Virus record (IMG/VR): IMGVR_UViG_3300028797_000145
Coordinates: 1-64,000 of that record
Length of the DNA stretch: 64,000 bases
Strand: one strand, 5' to 3'
From: a virus
Taxonomy: Duplodnaviria > Caudoviricetes
The notes under the pieces were generated by a model. That model was not told where the DNA came from, did not search any database, and was given only the letters and a program-made list of their open reading frames with translations. Below, in pieces: positions 9,030 to 19,286 of this stretch. Each line of letters opens with the position of its first letter. The stretch's first letter is position 1. A program made the position numbers and the translations under genes.

Positions 9030-9450
9030 CTACTCATGTGTTTCCTCCTCGTTAATAGTGGGTTCGTACTTGGCAAGCTTCTCTCTTAGCTTCTGTATCG
9101 TACGCTGCTGAGCATCAATGATCTTGCGATCGAGAATCAGCAAGTTTTTCAATGCCTCAGCAAATTCATCCAGTTCATTTTTTTCTGCTTCCGAAATATC
9201 TTTATTTTCGTCTTCCAACTTACTTAACCTCCTTCTTATACTTTGGATTTGTGGTGTGCTTGCATTCCTTTTGGCACGAAGTCTTCTTGCACTCGGTGTT
9301 TTTCTCAGGATCGCACAAGTACATAGGCTCAAAACCGTAGAACGTGAATACACCTTCTTTGTCGCATGCCTTAAATACCGGTGGTTTCCTAAGAATATAA
9401 GTAGTCCCCTCGTACGTAAGACACCCGTAACCTCCTGCCTTTCCAGCCAT
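9030..9450 (-). other. Two overlapping small ORFs (9030-9353 coiled-coil; 9220-9450 Cys-rich); true starts uncertain
   Basis: ORF track; located between the helicase and the downstream small genes. Confidence 0.4.
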
Positions 9451-10745
9451 TACTTCACCTCCCCATAGTTTTTAGTAACCTGAAATGGTTGTTTGAAAAT
9501 ATCATTGCTGATGAATTTCGTTTCATTAAACTTCTTCTTTTCGCTCAGAGCCTTCTCGATGGATAAGTCAATGTGAGATCTGGTCTTGAGATGGTAATAC
9601 CAGAGATCTACATACTTGGTGTTCATTCGATCAATACGACCCGCTGCCTGCTCCATAATTCGATAGGAGTAGTTCGGTGAGAAGAATATAATAGTGTCGG
9701 TTGTGATGCAGTTCCAACCCTCAGCACCTGATGAGTACTGCACTAAATATACCCACTTGTCTCCTTCTGGTATTGGATCGTGTCTCTGGCCGTTGCACTC
9801 TGCTATTTGGTAGCCTTGATCTTCCAAGCAAGACAAGTTTTCTTTGAGCATCTCTAGTTCGGCAATCAGGTTGTAAAATATAATTGTCTTAGGATGCTTG
9901 TCTACCAGCTCAAGCACTTTAACCATTCGTGATACATCGGTGTTTACTAATCGTCGTAGGCAATAGCAATACTCGGATGCATTCTCGATTGGTTGGCCTT
10001 TGAATATGTTCCATCGCTCTTTGGTGATCTGCTTGTACAAGTTGCGGTCGTAGTCTACGTAAATATCCTCATGGTGGACTACCGTTGGCTTCTTTACAGG
10101 AATATCCACAAGTAGAGAGTCTCTGTATCGTGCCAGCTTCTTTGTTCCAAGATAGCGATCAATCTTAGGGAAGTTTGTGAATGGTGAAAATATCACATGC
10201 TCGTTGTTGAACGCTGTTCGGTTCGGATAGAATCCATTTGCGATGAAGACTGGTATGTAATCTTCCCATTTGTCTCCAGGAGTTGCAGAGAGTAGAATCC
10301 ATTTGTTTCCACGGGCAATTTTCAAGAATGACTTAACCCAAGATCCTCGACCTACAACTCTTTGCTCGTCAAATATAAAGAAGGCACCTTTTACACCGGC
10401 ATACTTTCCTATGTTGTTCCAGCTGTCAACTACTACTTTGTTTTGGTAATAGTTGAGCTCGGGAATCGTACTTAGATGGAACGGAATCATCTCGTCTTCC
10501 CATTCCTGCGAGTCTCTCTTTTTTGCTGTGGTGATGATGTATAGATCTACAGGTTGACACATCTCTTGTGGTTCGTAGTTGTTTTTTACTTTTTCCCATT
10601 CACTAAATACTTCTCCACCTTGAGAAATATAATAGTAGGCTAGAGAGGTCCGGCTTTTACCAGACCCCACTCCACCACAAAGTATGCAACCGTTGTGCAT
10701 CTTGCTTACAGCTTTCCTCTGAGCTTCATTAAGTAACTCAGCCAT
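9450..10745 (-). CDS. SNF2/DEAD-like superfamily 2 helicase
   Basis: Walker A GGVGSGKS, motif II FDEQ, LLSATPG, QYSSGAEGWN, motif VI QAAGRIDR. Confidence 0.9.
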   Translation of the reverse strand: MAELLNEAQRKAVSKMHNGCILCGGVGSGKSRTSLAYYYISQGGEVFSEWEKVKNNYEPQEMCQPVDLYIITTAKKRDSQEWEDEMIPFHLSTIPELNYYQNKVVVDSWNNIGKYAGVKGAFFIFDEQRVVGRGSWVKSFLKIARGNKWILLSATPGDKWEDYIPVFIANGFYPNRTAFNNEHVIFSPFTNFPKIDRYLGTKKLARYRDSLLVDIPVKKPTVVHHEDIYVDYDRNLYKQITKERWNIFKGQPIENASEYCYCLRRLVNTDVSRMVKVLELVDKHPKTIIFYNLIAELEMLKENLSCLEDQGYQIAECNGQRHDPIPEGDKWVYLVQYSSGAEGWNCITTDTIIFFSPNYSYRIMEQAAGRIDRMNTKYVDLWYYHLKTRSHIDLSIEKALSEKKKFNETKFISNDIFKQPFQVTKNYGEVK

Positions 10746-10772
10746 ACTTTTGTCCTTTCTTTTTTTTAAATA

Positions 10773-11498
10773 TCAACGATACAGTCTTCTGCAAGGACCG
10801 CCACGAGTTCCTTTATGCTCATTTTTCTTGAGATCTGGAAGGAGCTGCTCCATAGCTTCGAATGTCTTGCATTCCATTCGGAATGAAAGTACCCACATGT
10901 ATCCTCGCTTAAAAAGTTCGTTGTCTGTTGTATTCCTGGTAATTCTGTATTTGGAAATGGATCCGCTCTTCTTCTCATGAGCTTCGAAATCATCTTCCCA
11001 CTCAGTAGCGAACTCCTTAGCCGTCTCCTGCGATTTGAAATATATATAACGCTTTGTCGGTCTTTTCTTAGGAGTAATGTAAACGGATTCAGAAATATCA
11101 TTCTCTTTAGTTTCTTTCGAGAGCGGTTTGAGACTGCAATTTTCGGATACCAACGTAGCACCCTTGAACTGCGAAAGGTATGACCCAAGAGTCTGCGGTT
11201 CTTTAGTCTCTTTTCTTTCCTCTCTCTTTTTTCTGGCTTGTTCTTCTTTGTTCACAAAATATGAATTGTACTTGGAACGGTCCTCAAACCAGTTTTTGCT
11301 TATCTCGGAATCGTCGAGTTCTGGAACATCAGAAACCGCCTTCTCCTTAGGCTGCTCGAGACAAATATCCAGGTGGACAATCCCGGTTCCACCGGTTCCG
11401 AAGTTGTATTTACTAACTTCATACTGCCCGAGACCCATGTGATTCATGTTCATCAAATCGTTAATAAGTTCTCCAAATGTCATAATTTTTTCCTCCAT
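10773..11498 (-). CDS. Hypothetical protein
   Basis: 241-aa ORF with RBS GGAGG. Confidence 0.7.
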   Translation of the reverse strand: MEEKIMTFGELINDLMNMNHMGLGQYEVSKYNFGTGGTGIVHLDICLEQPKEKAVSDVPELDDSEISKNWFEDRSKYNSYFVNKEEQARKKREERKETKEPQTLGSYLSQFKGATLVSENCSLKPLSKETKENDISESVYITPKKRPTKRYIYFKSQETAKEFATEWEDDFEAHEKKSGSISKYRITRNTTDNELFKRGYMWVLSFRMECKTFEAMEQLLPDLKKNEHKGTRGGPCRRLYR

Positions 11499-11525
11499 TG
11501 AATTAAGCTGAACTAAATTACAACC

Positions 11526-11566
11526 AAGAAGAAAGAGCCCTGGTAAATATAACCCAGAGCTCCTTC
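11526..11566 (-). terminator. Intrinsic terminator-like hairpin with UUAUAUUU in the loop
   Basis: Minus-strand GAGCUCUGG-GUUAUAUUUA-CCAGGGCUC-UUUCUUCUU; a G-U pair indicates the minus-strand RNA. Confidence 0.7.
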
Positions 11567-11745
11567 TCCATAATGGAATGTGTTAATATTGCGATCATCT
11601 AAATAGCCTACCATTACGACCTACAGTTTTCGAATAATACTGCTGCCAAAAACCATCGATCGAACAGTAATGCATAGCTAAAAATAGATCAGGCTTGTCA
11701 TTGTCATCTTCTTCATCATCCAAATCATCTGAATCAGAAATATCA

Positions 11746-12243
11746 TCATTCATTCTCAGGTGACCTCCAGTTGTATCTGCTTGCCCAAGGATCGTCAGCT
11801 ACATCCTGCTCGACATACATCGTCTGTACGTACAAGGTCCAGGTGTCTCTTTCCGGATTATAGTTAGGATGAAGAGTAGCGTTTACGTTAAGCACATAAA
11901 CCTCATCAAGCATATGAACCCGCTCCTCATCAAGTTCGTTAGGAACTCCGTTGGTTACCAGGAAGATTCGAGGTTTACGCTTGGGATGTGCATAACCGAT
12001 GATGATCGGTACAAAATATGTAGGAACAAAGCCCTCTTCCTCACCTTCACGAGGAATGGTCGTCTTTACACGGTACCCGGCTTCCTGCATCTCGATAGCC
12101 TGCTCCTCAGTAGGGATGATCAGGTTACCACGTCTGGTTGTGGACTTGTACTTATCCTTGTTCGGATCGCCTGCAAAATTAGTTCTGTAAATGAAGTTAG
12201 TGTTCTCAATGAAGATTGGATCTCTGTAGACTCTTTCAGCCAT
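11746..12243 (-). CDS. Putative single-stranded DNA-binding protein
   Basis: Next to the polymerase gene; IENTNFIYRTNFAG N-terminus and acidic/aromatic DDPWASRY tail resemble phage SSB-like proteins. Confidence 0.55.
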   Translation of the reverse strand: MAERVYRDPIFIENTNFIYRTNFAGDPNKDKYKSTTRRGNLIIPTEEQAIEMQEAGYRVKTTIPREGEEEGFVPTYFVPIIIGYAHPKRKPRIFLVTNGVPNELDEERVHMLDEVYVLNVNATLHPNYNPERDTWTLYVQTMYVEQDVADDPWASRYNWRSPENE

Positions 12244-12281
12244 TTTAAAATTCCTCCTAAATATAAGTTTTTTGTAGTTGT

Positions 12282-15200
12282 TTATTCTTCAAGAGCCCAA
12301 GGAAGTTGTTCATCCTCAGGCTCATTCATGAAGTTCTCAGCGAAGTTTACGTCGCCTTTGTAAAACTCAGGGTTCGGATAGGACATGTCTTCTCCAGGAA
12401 TATAATCCGGTCCGACATAAGGATCCTCAGACACAAACCATGTGTAATCACCAAATTGCATGATGTCACCCATAGCATTGTGCGCTTGAGTTTCGAAATA
12501 TGACATGTCGATCTCTTTCTCTAACCCGAGACCTTTGATCAATTCCGATTCCTTCCATCTTGTGCCCTTTGTTCCACTTACTGAATAGTACTTTCCGTCC
12601 TTTTCTCTCATCAGAAGTCCTCCGCCGCTGCCCTCAATTACCGGACAGAACTGGCCAACCTTCCCGATGAAAATATAATTGTGACCCTTTTCGATTTCCT
12701 TTACCAGACGTGAACCCTCGCTCTCCCAAGTTGTATCAGACAACTCACCTTTCTTATACTTCGATTGAAGCTTCTTATACTCCTTCTCGAACAAAGAAAC
12801 ATCGGGATAGCCTTCGTTCATGTCTAAATATAACGCTGAAGTCACACTGTTTGTCACACAAAGATCCCTGAATGATACCGGATCCTTGCTAAACAATGTC
12901 TTGAAAATATAAGGTACCTGGAATTCAGTACCAGTTGCTGTCCAAGGTGTTTCTACAACTTCACCCGTGGGCAATTCGAACTTATGCGGTCCATCTGCAT
13001 ACTTAGCAATATAAACCGCATCATTGATCAGACACATTCTCTCATACGTAGCCTCATGCTCAAATGTGTAACCGTACAGTTTACCATACTCCATAACAAA
13101 CTCAATGATCTCAGGAGTTGCATCCGGGATCTTAATAGAGTCTGTCTTAATATGAGCAACTTTGTATCCCATACGTTGAACTTCGTGCTTGAGGTTGATC
13201 ATGAACAACGCTCCACGCTTTGCCACGATGTTGTCCACGTTCCGATCATCCTTAAACGGATTCGAGAATGATGCTGATGTCAAACCATACACCGAGTTAA
13301 TCGGAATCTTAATAGCATTTGCTAACTGCTTGGAAGTCATTTCTCCGTCTTTGACTTTCTGAATATACTTCTCAAGCTTTCCACCAAACATTCCAGACAG
13401 TTCTTCCCAGTTCTGGTGTTTGATGTTAAGTCTTCCTGTTACAAGATCTTCATAGTTCTCGGTGTACTTACCAAACAATTCCTCTGCAATAATACTTGAC
13501 GGATGCATTGAAGCAATATCAAGAAGTGCCACATTACCATACATTCCAGGTTCTGCGTAGACATACCCACCTTCTGAAGGATTCTCTCCTCTGTATGAGC
13601 TCTTACCAAGTTCATACTTGTACCCAGGAAATATAGGTCTACCATCTGCGTCAAACACTGTCCACTCTTTGTCATAGATCTCAGGAAGATCACTGTCTAC
13701 AGCTTTAGACATATCTCCAAGATCTCTCCAGTTTAATTCGGATTGTGTATTCCTTTCTTTTCCAAATATCAGTCTGGTGGTTAACGAGTTGGATGTGTCA
13801 TTCACAGTCATTCCTGTGATGTCGGCAAGGATCTGTCTTGCTGTCCAGTCAGCATTTAGGTAATTGAATGCTTCTTCAGTTGCATTTACATCGTTACAGC
13901 AGTACTCAGCAACTCGATCCCATAAGTTGACAGGAATGTTACCGTTTTCGTCAGCTTGCGGTGCATGAGACTCTTTTGACTCAACTTCCGGATCCGATGC
14001 GGGAACCCAATGATCACCAAGAATATAAGCCCATTCCGGAACCGGTTTGTCCCAAGGAATACCAAGCTCATCATGGTGGATTCCCATCTTGATCTCAAGT
14101 TTCTTAAGCGAAGTTTTGTTGTCCCCATTCGCGAAGTCATAAATATCAGTGTATGACAAGTTGTATGCTTCACTAAAGAAGCTCTTCTTGTCTCCACTAA
14201 TGATCTTCTGCGACAAGTTGTACAGTTGCTTATTGTTGTAACCCATTAATCGGGCATACAGGATGTGGTTATCATACCTCCTGCAATTGAAACCTACGAG
14301 TTTGAACTGAAGAAGACCTTCGATCTGTTCGGATGTAGGATTGATCATTCTGTTTACATCTTTTGCTCCAATCTTTTTCCAACATAGAACAAACAGATTC
14401 GGGAACACCTCAACGTCGAAGAATATAATTTCTCCGTCCGTACCCTTCTTAGAATCTCCTCTAACGTCGATTGAAGGATACACCATCTCTCCTACTTCTT
14501 TTAAAGCTTCTTCGTTAGGTTTTCCAAGCAGATGAATATCATCCACTACCATCAAGCATCTTTTAGACTGATGTGTACTTGACTGAGCAAACGCGATCAA
14601 TGCGTTCTTCATGTCACGAATATCATAAGCCATACCAGACTCGTATGAGTCATCCGTAAGCTTCTTAATGAAGTTGATGCTGGATGAAGTGTCTCCATGA
14701 AATTCCTTTTCGAAGTTTTTCTCGATCATGCTTCTTAAGTTCTTTTCATCCTTAATTGCGTTTTGATTAGTTGCCACTTTTCGCTCCTTTCTAAGAGGAA
14801 GTCCCGAACTAATCGTAGCGATCGCTAAATTCGTACAAAGCGTTAATTTTCTTCTTAACGACGCATTACCTTTGGCAACTTTCACCTCGACATGCTCAGA
14901 CACATGATCCGCCAACCTGCTTACATCTCCCTGGTAAATATAATGTAGATGAATACCAGCACCGGATTTGCTTAACTCCGCATAAGTTGGTGGCCACTTT
15001 GCTGCCTCTGCCAAGTTCTTTTCCAAAGACTTGTTACCGTCGTCTCCCGGAATATCAAAGTCAATAATGATGTGATTCTCCGGAACTTTCACATAGTGAA
15101 GTTTAGAAGTGTCAATATCACGAAGAGTTGTCTTGCAGTTCGACCATTTGTACATCGGTCTATTCTCTTCTGCTGAAGACAATTGCGCAGGACAGTCACC

Positions 15201-16586
15201 ATACTCCGCATCAAATCGTGAGGGCTGCTGTTGCATGACGATCCAGTTTTTTTCTTCTTCTTTCACTTCAACCTTCCTTTTGTTCTTTTCGAACTTGTCT
15301 ACACGGAAACCCGAGTACCAACTACGAACTCTACTTCCGTCTTCAAATTGTTTCCTTTCTTCGTACTCTTCCCAATACGCTTTGAACTCCTCTCTAAATA
15401 TCCTGTACTGCAGCGGATACGGTGTCTTTGTGTCATCACAGAATGTCTTGTACCGTTCCCAAGCAGCCTTAAGGGTTATGCCATCCGCCTTCTTAAACTC
15501 ATAGTAACCATCTACCATGAAGTTATAAAAGTCGTTAGTCACTTCGAGCATGTTGATCGGAATATAATCGTCGAACATTCCAGGATCTGACAAATATATA
15601 TCCAGACAATGACTAGCGATGGCACCCAGTTCGAACTTCACGTTTTTTACAAGCTGGGCATACTCACGACGACCGATGAGGTTCCCACTAGGAGTTACAT
15701 CGATCAATCTTCTGAGCAAACCTGACTTTGCGTCCGTGATCTTAACTGGTTTGTTCGTACCTAAAAATAAAAATGCCTTGAATCTGTTGGCATAAGTGGA
15801 TTTGTATTTCTCGTTTACAGTCATCGTTTCGTGAGAAACTAAACTGTTGAGTCTTGTGTTATCTTCAATTCTTGACAAGTCACCATCGTGTTGGATTGCG
15901 ACCAGAGGATTTGTCTTGAACGCTTCCAACGCAAATACGTTCGTACTCGATCCTAAAGCTTTCGCATCGAATGCCGACCAATATCCGTCGAAGAGCTGTT
16001 CAATAATGTTAAGAATTGTAGACTTACCTGTTCCTGCCTCACCATAGAATACTAAGAACTTCTGTATCTTCTTTGAGTCACCTGCTACCACACTTCCAAT
16101 AGCCCATTCGATCTTTTTTCTCTCTTCCGGAGAATATAACGTGCCGATGAGCTTGTCGTATGATGAATAGTCGCCGGGTTCCAGAGGATACGAGAGCATC
16201 TTGCTGGCATAATCTGTCTTCTTAACTTCGAAGTTCGAAAATATAAGATTCTCGTCAAGCATGTGAAAACTATCTCTACATTGCTTTTGACAATACTTAT
16301 GCCACTTGTCTATCGAACCCGAGTCTGCATCCCACATATGTAACACTCTTGCGGTTGGCATCTCAGCTTTTCTAGACTGATAGTATGCATCAAGTTCTCT
16401 GTCTATAAGTTGAATGACATCATCTTCTTCGGTAGACCACAATCCTTTGTCTTCCAACCAGATCGCATAGAAATCCCCACCTCGAATCATTAAGTCTTTT
16501 GACTTATTGTTAATAATGAATTTCGGGAAGATCTCTATTCCACCATTCTTGGTGGATCTTGTAGAAACCATGAAAAAATCCACCAT
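12282..16586 (-). CDS. Fused SF3 helicase / primase / family B DNA polymerase with 3'-5' exonuclease
   Basis: GEAGTGKST Walker A; IIDFD...SKSGAGIHLHY primase (AEP/Prim-Pol-like) motifs; exonuclease FFDVEV, GFNCRRYD, YCCNDV; PolB motifs DIASMHPS, KIPINSVYG, KTDS. Start set at MVDFF with RBS AGGAG. Confidence 0.9.
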   Translation of the reverse strand: MVDFFMVSTRSTKNGGIEIFPKFIINNKSKDLMIRGGDFYAIWLEDKGLWSTEEDDVIQLIDRELDAYYQSRKAEMPTARVLHMWDADSGSIDKWHKYCQKQCRDSFHMLDENLIFSNFEVKKTDYASKMLSYPLEPGDYSSYDKLIGTLYSPEERKKIEWAIGSVVAGDSKKIQKFLVFYGEAGTGKSTILNIIEQLFDGYWSAFDAKALGSSTNVFALEAFKTNPLVAIQHDGDLSRIEDNTRLNSLVSHETMTVNEKYKSTYANRFKAFLFLGTNKPVKITDAKSGLLRRLIDVTPSGNLIGRREYAQLVKNVKFELGAIASHCLDIYLSDPGMFDDYIPINMLEVTNDFYNFMVDGYYEFKKADGITLKAAWERYKTFCDDTKTPYPLQYRIFREEFKAYWEEYEERKQFEDGSRVRSWYSGFRVDKFEKNKRKVEVKEEEKNWIVMQQQPSRFDAEYGDCPAQLSSAEENRPMYKWSNCKTTLRDIDTSKLHYVKVPENHIIIDFDIPGDDGNKSLEKNLAEAAKWPPTYAELSKSGAGIHLHYIYQGDVSRLADHVSEHVEVKVAKGNASLRRKLTLCTNLAIATISSGLPLRKERKVATNQNAIKDEKNLRSMIEKNFEKEFHGDTSSSINFIKKLTDDSYESGMAYDIRDMKNALIAFAQSSTHQSKRCLMVVDDIHLLGKPNEEALKEVGEMVYPSIDVRGDSKKGTDGEIIFFDVEVFPNLFVLCWKKIGAKDVNRMINPTSEQIEGLLQFKLVGFNCRRYDNHILYARLMGYNNKQLYNLSQKIISGDKKSFFSEAYNLSYTDIYDFANGDNKTSLKKLEIKMGIHHDELGIPWDKPVPEWAYILGDHWVPASDPEVESKESHAPQADENGNIPVNLWDRVAEYCCNDVNATEEAFNYLNADWTARQILADITGMTVNDTSNSLTTRLIFGKERNTQSELNWRDLGDMSKAVDSDLPEIYDKEWTVFDADGRPIFPGYKYELGKSSYRGENPSEGGYVYAEPGMYGNVALLDIASMHPSSIIAEELFGKYTENYEDLVTGRLNIKHQNWEELSGMFGGKLEKYIQKVKDGEMTSKQLANAIKIPINSVYGLTSASFSNPFKDDRNVDNIVAKRGALFMINLKHEVQRMGYKVAHIKTDSIKIPDATPEIIEFVMEYGKLYGYTFEHEATYERMCLINDAVYIAKYADGPHKFELPTGEVVETPWTATGTEFQVPYIFKTLFSKDPVSFRDLCVTNSVTSALYLDMNEGYPDVSLFEKEYKKLQSKYKKGELSDTTWESEGSRLVKEIEKGHNYIFIGKVGQFCPVIEGSGGGLLMREKDGKYYSVSGTKGTRWKESELIKGLGLEKEIDMSYFETQAHNAMGDIMQFGDYTWFVSEDPYVGPDYIPGEDMSYPNPEFYKGDVNFAENFMNEPEDEQLPWALEE

Positions 16587-16636
16587 TTTTAAACTCCTAT
16601 TCTTTTTTAATTTAGACAAATTAAGAAAAATATAAC

Positions 16637-16939
16637 TCAGCTTAAGTCATCATCAAAGAAACTGTCCGCCTGACTTACGCCGGCCAACCTATCCGAAAAG
16701 TCATTAACAAATTTGTTGTGTTTTTCTCCAAGCTTGTCGAGATCTGCATCTAACTGATGTAACTTGTAGCCAAGCAGACCAACAAGCACGGTAAGCAAAT
16801 ATAACCCTAACGTCTTCCGGTTAGATTCCTTTCTTAACTGGTCGATTCTCTGGGATGCCCAAATCGCATTGTGGTTCACAACCGATTCGAGATCCTCAGT
16901 TACTTTTGCCGACTCATATAACTTTGTTCTTCCTTTCAT
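16637..16939 (-). CDS. Single-TM small protein
   Basis: Central hydrophobic segment LGLYLLTVLVGLLGY; preceded by a promoter-like element at 16986-17014. Confidence 0.65.
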   Translation of the reverse strand: MKGRTKLYESAKVTEDLESVVNHNAIWASQRIDQLRKESNRKTLGLYLLTVLVGLLGYKLHQLDADLDKLGEKHNKFVNDFSDRLAGVSQADSFFDDDLS

Positions 16940-17013
16940 GTTTTTCTCCTTTCATAGTCAAAAATATAAGTGGATGATGTCATCCCTCATACTAGACCGT
17001 GTAATTTTTGCGC

Positions 17014-17523
17014 TTAGTAGTTTTCATTAAGCCACCACAAAACCTGATCCCAAAGTTCGACTCCCCTCAGGTCTCTAGGAGGCTCAATTAGTGTGACAAT
17101 GCCACCTTTGCCATCTGGTAGGTAATCTCGTTTTAGAAAAGCTTCAATCCTAGCCATACAATATAATTCGTTGAACCGGGAATTAACTTGACCTGCTAAT
17201 CCGAGGCTTCTGATCATAGCTCCAAATATGTTTCCCATTTCCTCATTCGAGTCATCTATGATCTGGCATACCCTAAGCGTCAAGGCAGCCATCATTTCAA
17301 GCACCGAGCATTCTTTGTTGTCCAACTCGGACGCGATGAGAGACGAAGGAATGTTCTCGTCATACCCAAAACGGTATCTAAGTTCAATTCCGTCAGCCTC
17401 TCGATTCGCATCCATAGGGATGGTATACGTGAACGGTCGTCCGTACAAAAACTTTAACAAAGAATCGTACTCATCAGGTGCATCTACCAATTGGCAAATA
17501 TAATAGAAGTACTCCTCTCTCAT
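17014..17523 (-). CDS. Conserved-looking phage hypothetical protein
   Basis: 169 aa, DANREADGIELRYRF and CSVLEMM segments; operonic. Confidence 0.7.
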   Translation of the reverse strand: MREEYFYYICQLVDAPDEYDSLLKFLYGRPFTYTIPMDANREADGIELRYRFGYDENIPSSLIASELDNKECSVLEMMAALTLRVCQIIDDSNEEMGNIFGAMIRSLGLAGQVNSRFNELYCMARIEAFLKRDYLPDGKGGIVTLIEPPRDLRGVELWDQVLWWLNENY

Positions 17524-17529
17524 AACTCA

Positions 17530-18102
17530 TTACTGCTGAGCTTCTTCATATGTCCGGGAGTCAAGGGTAATTTCGTAGTATCTGTTCCTTTCACTGTTGA
17601 ACACATACACAAGGTCCGGATTCTCATCTCTGCCAAATGCATCGAGTGCAGCAAAGCCACAAGTGTTACGGATCTCTCGGTCTGTAAGTACATCATCGTC
17701 GGAATCTACCAAAATATCATCCTGGTAATACCGGTACCTGACGATTTCGTCTTCAATACCCATGGGGATCTCATCCTCAGATACAATTACCGGACCGATC
17801 TTCTCGTTTTCAGAGTCAGAGTAGTTAACATACTGATGCTCCTCAGCTTTCTGCTTGCAGAACTCCATGAGATCAGGCTTCTCTACGAATGCCGCTTTCT
17901 CTTCCGGAGTGAGTTCGCGCTCAGGTTTTTCCTCAGCTTCCTTCTTTTTCTTTTCATACTCTTTGTATGCAGCGATCTCGGAGTTAACCCTTTGATCGAC
18001 TTCTGTATTCAGTTTTTTTTCGTAAGTTTTCTTGGTTACGAGGTAGGCTGCAACCGAACCTACCGCACCTCCAAGAATGAAAAATATAACTTTATCCTTC
18101 AT
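17530..18102 (-). CDS. N-terminally membrane-anchored hypothetical protein
   Basis: IFFILGGAVGSVAAYLV anchor followed by a K/E-rich coil and an acidic C-terminal domain. Confidence 0.7.
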   Translation of the reverse strand: MKDKVIFFILGGAVGSVAAYLVTKKTYEKKLNTEVDQRVNSEIAAYKEYEKKKKEAEEKPERELTPEEKAAFVEKPDLMEFCKQKAEEHQYVNYSDSENEKIGPVIVSEDEIPMGIEDEIVRYRYYQDDILVDSDDDVLTDREIRNTCGFAALDAFGRDENPDLVYVFNSERNRYYEITLDSRTYEEAQQ

Positions 18103-18673
18103 TCGGAGCCTCCTCTCCTTTATTCTGGATCAGCTCAGTTGCACCCCGGTAGATCTTACCGAGTGTATATGCGTCAGGTTTGAATACCTCAACAGTTTTA
18201 CGAACTGCATTCAGCATATCGATCTCATGCCTGTAATGGCGATCCATAATGTTCTTCTGAGATTCCTGCATCCGATTGAATGCCGCATTCTTCTCAGCAT
18301 CCTCAAGCTCTTTCTTGCGATAGATGATGTTAGCCTTGATCTTATCGCGGGATCCCTTGGTCAGATCAGAATATAACTCAAGGAACTTGTCGCAGTTCTC
18401 CTGGTACTCGGAGATAGTTGTGGAATTGTCCATATCAGATCTTGCCTGGACCATAAGCTTCTTAGCAAATGCCTTGTCCTCAGCGTCAGAGATCAGCTCG
18501 TTCTCAACAGAAGCCTCATCCACCATCTCACCTATCTTATGGTTCGATCTGAAGTTAGCTTTAGCCTCGTCGAACTTCTTGGCGTTCTTACGATCAAATA
18601 TAATCTTAACAACGCTCACTGCCGCAAGAGCAGTTAAACCTACGCAAGCAACGATTGCATCATTCTTTGTCAT
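18092..18673 (-). CDS. N-terminally membrane-anchored coiled-coil protein
   Basis: AIVACVGLTALAAVSVV anchor. Confidence 0.7.
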   Translation of the reverse strand: MTKNDAIVACVGLTALAAVSVVKIIFDRKNAKKFDEAKANFRSNHKIGEMVDEASVENELISDAEDKAFAKKLMVQARSDMDNSTTISEYQENCDKFLELYSDLTKGSRDKIKANIIYRKKELEDAEKNAAFNRMQESQKNIMDRHYRHEIDMLNAVRKTVEVFKPDAYTLGKIYRGATELIQNKGEEAPNEG

Positions 18674-18718
18674 TGTTTATTCCTCCCTTTTCGTTTAAGT
18701 TTGATAAATATAAGTAAG

Positions 18719-19219
18719 TTACCTTCCACTGAAGTAATGGGCACCTTCCTTGAACATGGGTGTCCCGTTGTGATACCCTCCACAAGAAAAATACATTACC
18801 GAATAATTACTTCTAGCTGCCATTTCCTCTCTTACTAGTTCTCGTATAGAGTCAGTAATTTTCACTCTATTGCATCTCCCATTGTGCAAGCATGCAAACT
18901 GTCCTGATTGATAGCACACTCCGCTCACTGTGTCCGGCCAAATATCACTATCAACCCTGTTGAGAATGGTACTGGCAACAAGCCGCTTACCTAACTCAGA
19001 CTCTCCCTCAGCTTCACCAAGCACAACTTTTGCTATGAGCTCGACCTCATCCTCATCGAACTCTGGTTCCGGTTTTTCCTCCTGAATATCACCAACGTAA
19101 CTTATGGTAACAATCTCATCCGGAGTTGCGTATTCTACATTCATAGCGGATACATTTAAGCTCATAACCAAACTAGAAAATATAACACCTACAATAAAGC
19201 CCACTGACTTTTTAACCAT
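18719..19219 (-). CDS. Cell wall hydrolase, SleB/Hydrolase_2 family, with N-terminal signal or anchor
   Basis: LIAKVVLGEAEGE...VASTILNRV...GVCYQSGQF...HYF pattern. Confidence 0.85.
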   Translation of the reverse strand: MVKKSVGFIVGVIFSSLVMSLNVSAMNVEYATPDEIVTISYVGDIQEEKPEPEFDEDEVELIAKVVLGEAEGESELGKRLVASTILNRVDSDIWPDTVSGVCYQSGQFACLHNGRCNRVKITDSIRELVREEMAARSNYSVMYFSCGGYHNGTPMFKEGAHYFSGR

Positions 19220-19286
19220 AAAATGACCTCCAATTAGAAAAGACCGTCACCGACTAAATATAAGTCGGGACGATCCTTCGCGCATG

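Noticed and set aside
12282-16586. Intein or intron in the polymerase
   Set aside because: No CxxxxT...HN(C/S/T) splice motifs or LAGLIDADG/HNH insert seen; the length is explained by the domain fusion.
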